A stretch of 11,141 nt of DNA from Nanopusillaceae archaeon (GTDB lineage Archaea; Nanobdellota; Nanobdellia; Nanobdellales; Nanobdellaceae). Under the pieces are notes generated by a model that saw nothing but the letters and a program-made list of their open reading frames with translations, was not told where the DNA came from and did no database searches. Below, one piece after another: positions 1 to 5,699 of this stretch (the stretch's first letter is position 1; each line of letters begins with the position of its first letter). The DNA is taken from contig JAVYNJ010000018.1 of NCBI GenBank assembly GCA_038735675.1, forward strand, positions 1-11,141, in the 5' to 3' direction. A program made the position numbers and the translations under genes.

Positions 1-438
1 ACTAGAAACGATAGAACTTATGGCATTGCTAATATGATATCCGAATTCTTCTGAATGGGATAAAGATGCATATAAAAATGCAAAAATTACAGTTAAAGTT
101 AATAATCCAGCAACAACACCTGGTTTAGCTTCACCCTCTCCTTTAGCTTCAAAATAACCATAAATAAATCCCAAAATAATAAGAATAAAAAATAGAGCTA
201 AAATTTCATAAAAGAAAAAAGATAATACTTTTTGAGTGTATTCTACTGTAGAAAGGCTATATATATAGTAAAAAGCTATAGAAATAGAAATAAGTACATA
301 CAATTTTTCAGATTTTTTTACATTTCCAAACAATCCTGTTTTTCTTAAACTTCCATAGATTAGTGAGAATATAACTAGAAAAGGACCTATAAAATGAAAA
401 AAACCATAATTTTCAAAAAGCTGATAGATATCTACCAT
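1..438 (-). CDS. Integral membrane protein, paralog 1 of a tandem triplet (5' part only; the gene continues past the left edge of the window)
   Basis: Not in the supplied ORF track. I translated the minus strand by hand from the ATG at 438-436. It gives 146 codons with no stop down to base 1: MVDIYQLFENYGFFHFIGPFLVIFSLIYGSLRKTGLFGNVKKSEKLYVLISISIAF... The N-terminal block ENYGFFHFIGPFLVIFSLIYGSLRKTGLFGN aligns with ERFGFFDIILPFILIYAVIYGILAKTQILGN of the 997..1563 product and with ENYGIVTFVLPFLLIF of the 449..1000 product. Several TM-length hydrophobic segments follow. Confidence 0.6.
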   Translation of the reverse strand, partial: MVDIYQLFENYGFFHFIGPFLVIFSLIYGSLRKTGLFGNVKKSEKLYVLISISIAFYYIYSLSTVEYTQKVLSFFFYEILALFFILIILGFIYGYFEAKGEGEAKPGVVAGLLTLTVIFAFLYASLSHSEEFGYHISNAISSIVSS

Positions 439-448
439 TTTATTTTAA

Positions 449-1000
449 TTAAGTTGATTTTTCTGTTTGGGCCTGTTCTTCTACATGACCAAACCACGCA
501 ATAATTGCTAAGATTATTGCAAATATTATTACTACTGTTGAAAAACTTGCTATAAGAGAGTAATCTATAAAACCTATAGAAATCTCTGCTTTCCCAGACA
601 AAGCGTTTGCTGCAATTACAATAATGGAAGAAATTACAATTAAAGCTAAAGCTCCTCTAAAAGTACGAGGTATTTCTACACTTTTTCTAAAAATTAATCC
701 AAAAACCAATATTAATAAGAATACACCTAATACCCATATTGTAGCGTTTGGAATTAATATTGAAATCCAATAAATAACATCTCTATTTCCTAAAGCAGTT
801 AAGGCAAAACCAAAGGACAAAACAGTGTGAATCTTTCTACCAACTATATCATTTTCATCTTTTTTAAATAAGTTTGTTACTTCTAATAAAAGAAATATTA
901 TTGAAAATATTAATAAAAATGGTAAAACAAAAGTAACTATCCCATAATTTTCAACTATTCTTGAAAAGTCTTCAAAATATTGTGGTCTATTATAATTCAT
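449..1000 (-). CDS. Integral membrane protein (about 5 TM), paralog 2 of a tandem triplet; function unknown
   Basis: 183-aa ORF with an ATG start at 1000-998. That start overlaps the upstream gene's TGA in an ATGA overlap at 997-1000. About five hydrophobic helices and a charged C-terminal tail (HVEEQAQTEKST). It shares the N-terminal motif and an internal ILIP(N/H)...L.VFLLI motif with the 997..1563 product. Confidence 0.75.
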   Translation of the reverse strand: MNYNRPQYFEDFSRIVENYGIVTFVLPFLLIFSIIFLLLEVTNLFKKDENDIVGRKIHTVLSFGFALTALGNRDVIYWISILIPNATIWVLGVFLLILVFGLIFRKSVEIPRTFRGALALIVISSIIVIAANALSGKAEISIGFIDYSLIASFSTVVIIFAIILAIIAWFGHVEEQAQTEKST

Positions 1001-1563
1001 TTTTGTTTAGTTTCTTTTTCTACAATTTCCCCTCTTGTAAGCCAATAAATTACGAGAAATATAATTAATAATATTACTATAAGGACAAAGATTTCACTTT
1101 GAATTAGTCCAACTATACCCTCTTCTACACTTTCAATAACAACTATTCCTAATGAAGAGAGAGTTAAAATAGAAAATATTACTATTGATATAAATAATAT
1201 AGATTTTCTGTATTTTTTATATTCGCTTTCATCAACTTTTTCTAAAGGCAAATAAAAGGCAGCTATTGAAATAATTAGTAAAAATACGCTTAATAGATAA
1301 AGAACAATATGTGGAATAAGTATTCTTAGTTTTGTTATAATATTTATTGCTCCAACAGTTAAAAATGCTATAGATAAAGATATTAAAGAAATCAAGGATC
1401 TTACAAATTTAGCTTTAGCTACATCTTGATCAAAAGGATTCCCTAAAATTTGTGTTTTTGCTAATATACCATATATAACAGCATATATCAATATAAAAGG
1501 AAGTATTATATCAAAAAATCCAAATCTTTCAAGTATGGAAATAAAGGTATTTGAGTTATTCAT
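997..1563 (-). CDS. Integral membrane protein (about 5 TM), paralog 3 of a tandem triplet; function unknown
   Basis: 188-aa ORF with an ATG at 1563-1561. N-terminal motif ERFGFFDIILPFILIYAVIYGILAKTQILGN. About five TM segments and a charged tail (TRGEIVEKETKQK). No family that I can name with confidence. Confidence 0.75.
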   Translation of the reverse strand: MNNSNTFISILERFGFFDIILPFILIYAVIYGILAKTQILGNPFDQDVAKAKFVRSLISLISLSIAFLTVGAINIITKLRILIPHIVLYLLSVFLLIISIAAFYLPLEKVDESEYKKYRKSILFISIVIFSILTLSSLGIVVIESVEEGIVGLIQSEIFVLIVILLIIFLVIYWLTRGEIVEKETKQK

Positions 1564-1590
1564 TTATATTCTATACTTCATTTGAATTTA

Positions 1591-1797
1591 TTAAATTTCC
1601 TCTACAATGATGGCATCTACGGGACAAGATTTTTTAGCTATATATATTTTTTCAATTTCTTTAATATTGTCAGAATATCTCTTAGTTTCAACTACTTTTT
1701 TATTTTTATCTATTGTAAAAGATTCTGGAGATATTATTACACAAGTTCCACAGTTAATACATAATTCTTGCAAAATTTTATAAAATATTTTTTTCAA
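1591..1797 (-). CDS. Small monocluster [4Fe-4S]-type ferredoxin (copy 2), TTG start
   Basis: 68 aa with the pattern CINCGTC ... CPVDAI (CxxCxxC...CP), typical of 60-70 aa archaeal and Thermotoga-type single-cluster ferredoxins. The only canonical start codon ahead of the first Cys with a normal N-terminal strand is the TTG at 1797-1795. This gene is in the same frame as the upstream ferredoxin, 3 nt after its stop. Confidence 0.7.
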   Translation of the reverse strand: MKKIFYKILQELCINCGTCVIISPESFTIDKNKKVVETKRYSDNIKEIEKIYIAKKSCPVDAIIVEEI

Positions 1798-1800
1798 TTT

Positions 1801-1998
1801 TTATTCAATAACTCTTATAGATCCTGTAGGGCATATAGATGCTGCCTCTTTAGCCTTATTTATTAATGATTCTTCGTTTATTTCTTCCATTATAGGTTTG
1901 CTTTTTCCATCACTATCCCATTCAAATATATCTGGAGCTAAAGCAATACAAGCCCCACAACTTATACAGGTATCTTTATTAACAATTACCTTTGCCAT
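1801..1998 (-). CDS. Small monocluster [4Fe-4S] ferredoxin (copy 1)
   Basis: 65 aa: MAKVIVNKDTCISCGACIALAPDIFEWDSDGKSKP...AASICPTGSIRVIE. This closely follows the Pyrococcus/Thermococcus/Thermotoga single-cluster ferredoxin pattern (CxxCxxC ... CP, with the DxF.xDxxGK loop). The ATG at 1998-1996 lies inside the last 13 nt of the upstream NTPase gene. Confidence 0.85.
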   Translation of the reverse strand: MAKVIVNKDTCISCGACIALAPDIFEWDSDGKSKPIMEEINEESLINKAKEAASICPTGSIRVIE

Positions 1999-2492
1999 AA
2001 TATATTTTTGATTTTATTTTTAATAAATTCATATATCTCCCACCAACGGTTTCTTTCTAGCCAAATATAGTTTGGTATAAGATGTAGAAATTTTCTGTGA
2101 ACTACTCCTAAAACATTAAAATCTTCTCTTATAATTCTTTCAGTTAATTTTACAAAAAACTCGGAATAAAATTCCATAGGCCCTATTTCATCTACAACTA
2201 TTATTTTCTCTTTATTACTATCTAAATTTTCTAAAATGATTTTGGATATCTCATCTAAATTTTCTTTTAATATAAAATATTTTCCAAATCTATAATTAGT
2301 CTTTATATCTTTTCTAGACAATAAATATTCCTTTTCAAAAGTAGTAACTATTTTAAATCCTACCCTTTCTCCATTTTCTGCAATTTCTTCTGTATAAAAT
2401 CCAAAAAAATTTTCTTTTCCAAAATCATAAATTATCTTTTTTATTAAAGACGTTTTTCCAGATCGGGGATTCCCCGATATAAATATTTTCAT
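1986..2492 (-). CDS. P-loop nucleoside-triphosphatase, THEP1/NTPCR family
   Basis: From the ATG at 2492-2490: MKIFISGNPRSGKTSLIKKI (Walker A, 2451-2474) ... GFKIVT ... IIVVDEIGPMEF (Walker B). Length (168 aa) and motif order match Aquifex THEP1-like NTPases. The tracked ORF extends to a TTG at 2567, but that adds 25 residues that do not resemble the family and would overlap the divergent gene by 49 nt. I therefore prefer 2492. Confidence 0.8.
   Translation of the reverse strand: MKIFISGNPRSGKTSLIKKIIYDFGKENFFGFYTEEIAENGERVGFKIVTTFEKEYLLSRKDIKTNYRFGKYFILKENLDEISKIILENLDSNKEKIIVVDEIGPMEFYSEFFVKLTERIIREDFNVLGVVHRKFLHLIPNYIWLERNRWWEIYEFIKNKIKNILWQR
2462..2478. repeat. Perfect 8-1-8 palindrome ATCGGGGA-T-TCCCCGAT with a G+C-rich core
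   Basis: Read directly: revcomp(ATCGGGGA)=TCCCCGAT with one central base. It lies in the P-loop codons of the NTPase (minus strand GGG AAT CCC CGA = G N P R), which use G/C-rich codons that are otherwise rare in this window. It sits 41-57 nt upstream of the divergent Cas4-like start codon. Confidence 0.5.
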
Positions 2493-2518
2493 AAATTTTC
2501 TATTATTTTTAATCTTAA

Positions 2519-3322
2519 ATGATATATGTAAGAGTGACAGATCTTTTAGATTATTTATTTTGTCCAAGAAAAGTTTATTTAAAAAGAATTTTAGGTCTTA
2601 AAGAAGAAACGAATTATCAAATTCTAGTTGGTAAAATTGTACATGAAATATTTGATTTTTTAAATGAAAATGAATCAAAAATAATTTATGAAATAAAAGA
2701 TGAATGCGATTTCCCATATGTATATAACATTTATAAAAAATTTTTAGATAAAATATATGAAAATCTTATAGAAAAATATGCTGATGAAATAAAAAATCTA
2801 AAGATATCTCTAGATAATTTAAAAACAGATATTTTTTCAAATGTATTATTTGATATTGAAGATAGAGCAAAATTAGTATACCAATTTATGATAACTGAAA
2901 AGCTTTATGGAATTGAACTATGGGAAAAGTTGGAACCAAAAATTTATACAGAGTTGGAGGTAATATCCGATGCGTACAATCTTATTGGAAGGATAGATAG
3001 AATTGAAAAGTATAGAACAATAATAATACCCTATGAAATAAAATCTGGAAAATTTTCTAAGGATCATCTTTTACAGTTGCATGCTTATTATCTTCTTTTG
3101 AGAAAAGAATTTCCAAATTATAAGATTCCATATGGTATTGTGATGTATTTAAAAAATAAAAGTAAAAAAGAAATAAAATTTTTTAATTATAAATTAAAAA
3201 AAGTATTAGAATTAAAAGATAAAATTTTAGATATACTAGAAAAACAAAGTGATCCCGGAATTATAAAAAAAATAAATAAATGTAAAAAATGCTTTTTCTT
3301 TAATTATTGTTATAAAACATGA
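2519..3322 (+). CDS. cas4: Cas4-family PD-(D/E)xK (RecB-like) nuclease with a 4-Cys Fe-S cluster motif; stand-alone (no CRISPR or cas neighbours in the window)
   Basis: 267 aa. N-terminal Cys15 (2561-2563) in the context DYLFCPRKVYL. Nuclease core GRID(160)RIEKYRTIIIPYE(173)IK(175)SGK, then QLHAYYLLL (the QxxxY motif). C-terminal CKKCFFFNYC = Cx2Cx5C (Cys at 3281, 3290, 3308). This is the full Cas4/DUF83 signature. Confidence 0.85.
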   Translation: MIYVRVTDLLDYLFCPRKVYLKRILGLKEETNYQILVGKIVHEIFDFLNENESKIIYEIKDECDFPYVYNIYKKFLDKIYENLIEKYADEIKNLKISLDNLKTDIFSNVLFDIEDRAKLVYQFMITEKLYGIELWEKLEPKIYTELEVISDAYNLIGRIDRIEKYRTIIIPYEIKSGKFSKDHLLQLHAYYLLLRKEFPNYKIPYGIVMYLKNKSKKEIKFFNYKLKKVLELKDKILDILEKQSDPGIIKKINKCKKCFFFNYCYKT

Positions 3323-4077
3323 TAGAAATAGAATTAGATCCTAAGGTTGGAATATTCCATAATTTAGAAAAGATTTATAAAAAGATAAAAGAATTAAAGA
3401 AAAAGGCAGAAAATTTAAAAAATCAAATATATGAGAATGAAAAAAAGCTAAAACAAATTGAAATAGAAGTTGAAATAGAAAAAAAGGTTTTAGAAAGAAA
3501 ATTAACAAAAAAATGGTATGAAAAATTTAGGTGGTTTTTTACTTCTAATAATTTTTTGCTTATTGCTGGAAAAGATGCAATTACAAATGAAATTTTAATT
3601 AATAAATATCTAGAAAAAAACGATTTAGTATTTCACGCAGATATTCATGGATCTCCCTTTGGAATATTAAAAAATGGAATAAGTGCGAAAGAAGAGGATA
3701 TATTAGAATCTGCTAAGTTTGTTGCTTCATATTCTAGAGCTTGGAAAATGAAATTAAGAGTATTGGACGTATATTATATCTTTCCCGATCAGATATCGAA
3801 AAAAACACCTTCAGGAGAATATCTAAAAAAAGGATCCTTTATGATTTATGGTAAAAGAAATTATATAAGAACAAATTTAGAGTTAGCTATAGGATTTGAA
3901 GAAGAATTAATTCCCGGAGTTCCAGAATCTGTCATGAAAAAAACAAAAAATTATGTTGTCTTAATACCCGGAGATATAAAACCTTTAGAAATTGCAAAAA
4001 AAATATCAAAAATATTAAATTATCCTATAATAGATGATATAATTAAGTTGATTCCTGGTAGTAGCGAATTAAAGTAA
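3319..4077 (+). CDS. NFACT-R (DUF814) domain protein, equivalent to the C-terminal half of archaeal RqcH/NEMF/FbpA-like ribosome-quality-control factor
   Basis: 252 aa. An N-terminal K/E-rich coiled-coil segment is followed by KKWYEKFRWFFTSNNFLLIAGKDAITNEILINKYLEKNDLVFHADIHGSPFGILKNG ... AKFVASYSRAWK ... VYYIFPDQISKKTPSGEYLKKGSFMIYGKRNYI. This is the characteristic DUF814 core. No NFACT-N or HhH part is present. The start ATG (3319-3321) overlaps the Cas4-like stop TGA (3320-3322). Confidence 0.75.
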   Translation: MIEIELDPKVGIFHNLEKIYKKIKELKKKAENLKNQIYENEKKLKQIEIEVEIEKKVLERKLTKKWYEKFRWFFTSNNFLLIAGKDAITNEILINKYLEKNDLVFHADIHGSPFGILKNGISAKEEDILESAKFVASYSRAWKMKLRVLDVYYIFPDQISKKTPSGEYLKKGSFMIYGKRNYIRTNLELAIGFEEELIPGVPESVMKKTKNYVVLIPGDIKPLEIAKKISKILNYPIIDDIIKLIPGSSELK

Positions 4078-4108
4078 TCATTTTCTGTTGAGTATATTAT
4101 TAGTAAAG

Positions 4109-4117
4109 TATATAAAA
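4109..4117 (+). promoter_or_regulatory. TATA-box-like element (TATATAAAA) for the surface-protein gene
   Basis: It is centred about 26 nt upstream of the ATG at 4139 and preceded by a purine-rich GTAAAG (BRE-like). This spacing fits an archaeal promoter producing a leaderless or near-leaderless mRNA. There is no Shine-Dalgarno motif before 4139. Confidence 0.4.
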
Positions 4118-4138
4118 TTTTCTTTAAATTATTTTATC

Positions 4139-5653
4139 ATGGTAGGAGTAATTAAAAAATTAATAATAGCAACTTTATTTCTATTGATAGGTATTGGAAT
4201 AGTATATTCAGAACCTATAGTAACAATTAACGTTGCAGGAATACCAGAAATAGCAAAATTATCAAAAATTAAAGAAGAAGGATTATCAATAAGCATTCTT
4301 TTTAATTGTACAGAATGTGAAAAAATAGTAAGAAATTCAGAATATCTAGAAATTTATGTAGTAAAAGAGCCACAAAGAATAATATATCAAGATATTATAG
4401 GAGTTAATATAAATAAAAATAGAGTATTATATTATTATTTACCACCAGAAATATTCAAAGAAGAAGGAATATATTATATTAGATTTACTTACAGAGCATT
4501 ATCAAATTTAGGATCAGAAGTGATTGCAAATAAAGAATTATTGATGCAAGCAATAGAAATAGAATATTTAGCATTAAAAATATTAGGAATTTATCCAGAT
4601 TTAGAAAAAGAAATTATATTTAGATTTGATAGAGTTCCATATACTTTTAGAATAGAAGTTTTCAATAGTTATGAAGAAACAGCACTTGTAAATGTAAAAA
4701 TAAGAGTATTAGATAAAATAGGAAGAATAGTTTTATCAAGAACTATAGATTCTAGAATTTATTCATTTCAAAGAACATTTATAGAAATTCCAGTAGACTT
4801 TTCTCTTTTAATGCCAGGAGAATATACATTAGTGCTAACAGTTAATTATGGGCCATATGAAATATATGAAGTTAGAAGAACAATAATTATAGGGGAGGAA
4901 TTCTATGTGCCGGTAAGAATATATAATATAAAACACTATCCTTTTGTTGTAAGATCTGGAGATTTCGTAGAATTTAATTTATTACTTAGAAATATAGAAA
5001 ATAAACCTGTTAAAGCAAAAGTATTATTAGTATCTAGAGAACTAGGAATATATAGAGAGTCAGAAACAATAGAATTTGATCCTTTAGAAACAAAAAACTT
5101 AAAATTTGTAGTAAAAATACCTGAAAATATAGAACCAAGGAATTATAGTATTGAATTTATAGTTCAACATGATGTTGCAACATACAGACAACTATATAGA
5201 TTATACGTGGAAGGAGAAAAACCAAAACCAGTAGAAATTAGAATAATAGATCCAAAAATATTAGAATTAGGAAAAGAAAATGAATTAAAAATAATATTTA
5301 AATCTAATGTAGAATCATTAAATGAATTTAGATTAAGAATATTATCAGAGAATTTAGAAGTATCCTATCCAGAAACAGTAACAATTGGTGGAAAAGGAAA
5401 TATATTAGAAGTTCCAATAAAAATAAAACCAACATCCTATAAAGCAAAAATAGCTATAGAAGTTTATGGTATTGATGGAAGCCTAGTATTTAGCGAAACA
5501 AAGGAAATAAAAGTTAAAATAGGAATGGAAGTAATTTATCGTTATGTAATTAAAGTATTAATGATTTTATTGTTAATAATATTAGGAATAATATTATATT
5601 ACTATTTAGAAGCTAGAAAAAAGAAGAAAAGAAGAATAGAAAAGGCAGAATAA
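4139..5653 (+). CDS. Secreted, C-terminally membrane-anchored surface protein with repeated beta-sandwich (CARDB/NEW3/DUF11-like) domains
   Basis: From the ATG at 4139: MVGVIKKLIIATLFLLIGIGIVYSEP (signal-peptide-like). There are at least three ~90-100 aa segments with alternating beta-strand patterns, e.g. YTFRIEVFNSYEETALVNVKIRV, DFVEFNLLLRNIENKPVKAKVLLV...LKFVVKIPENIEPRNYSIEFIV, and ELKIIFKSN...LEVPIKIKPTSYKAKIAIEVYG. The C-terminal TM helix VLMILLLIILGIILYYYL is followed by a basic tail RKKKKRRIEKAE. The tracked TTG start at 4088 is less likely (see rejected list). Confidence 0.7.
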   Translation: MVGVIKKLIIATLFLLIGIGIVYSEPIVTINVAGIPEIAKLSKIKEEGLSISILFNCTECEKIVRNSEYLEIYVVKEPQRIIYQDIIGVNINKNRVLYYYLPPEIFKEEGIYYIRFTYRALSNLGSEVIANKELLMQAIEIEYLALKILGIYPDLEKEIIFRFDRVPYTFRIEVFNSYEETALVNVKIRVLDKIGRIVLSRTIDSRIYSFQRTFIEIPVDFSLLMPGEYTLVLTVNYGPYEIYEVRRTIIIGEEFYVPVRIYNIKHYPFVVRSGDFVEFNLLLRNIENKPVKAKVLLVSRELGIYRESETIEFDPLETKNLKFVVKIPENIEPRNYSIEFIVQHDVATYRQLYRLYVEGEKPKPVEIRIIDPKILELGKENELKIIFKSNVESLNEFRLRILSENLEVSYPETVTIGGKGNILEVPIKIKPTSYKAKIAIEVYGIDGSLVFSETKEIKVKIGMEVIYRYVIKVLMILLLIILGIILYYYLEARKKKKRRIEKAE

Positions 5654-5654
5654 C

Positions 5655-5699
5655 TTTTTTATAATTAATTTTTTCAGATATTTTTTATTCATCATTTTT
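5655..5699 (+). terminator. Cluster of oligo-T tracts downstream of the surface-protein gene (archaeal intrinsic termination signals)
   Basis: T6 at 5655-5660, T6 at 5669-5674, T6 at 5681-5686 and T5 at 5695-5699, all within 50 nt after the TAA at 5651-5653. This partly overlaps the minus-strand sRNA candidate, so it is a competing interpretation of the same bases. Confidence 0.45.

Noticed and set aside
1582-1764. 60-aa plus-strand ORF (MNLLNFLYNDGIYGTRFFSYIYFFNFF...)
   Set aside because: It lies entirely antisense to the ferredoxin gene 1591..1797. The sequence is F/Y/N-rich and low in complexity, as expected from the antisense of AT-rich codons. It has no motif and no promoter space.
2493-2567. 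25-codon N-terminal extension of the NTPase ORF as given in the track (start at 2567)
   Set aside because: That start is a TTG, not an ATG. The extension (MDKINNLKDLSLLHISFKIKNNRKF) precedes the family-typical MKIFISG...GKT N-terminus. It would also overlap the divergent Cas4-like gene by 49 nt. The ATG at 2492 is preferred, though the longer form is not excluded.
3460-3480. Short tandem DNA repeat GAAATAGAA-GTT-GAAATAGAA
   Set aside because: It encodes IEIEVEIE within the K/E-rich coiled-coil segment of the DUF814 protein. This is a codon-level consequence of low-complexity protein sequence, not an independent repeat element.
3829-3840. 12-bp perfect palindrome AAAGGATCCTTT
   Set aside because: It lies in mid-gene coding sequence (KKGSF). 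It is short, mostly A/T, and far from any promoter, so chance occurrence is adequate. This contrasts with the G+C-rich 17-bp palindrome at 2462-2478.
4088-4138. 17-codon extension of the surface-protein ORF from the TTG at 4088
   Set aside because: The ATG at 4139 gives a textbook signal-peptide N-terminus (MVGVIKKLIIATLFLLIGIGIVYS). It also lies 26 nt downstream of a TATA-like box (4109-4117), and that box would fall inside the extension.
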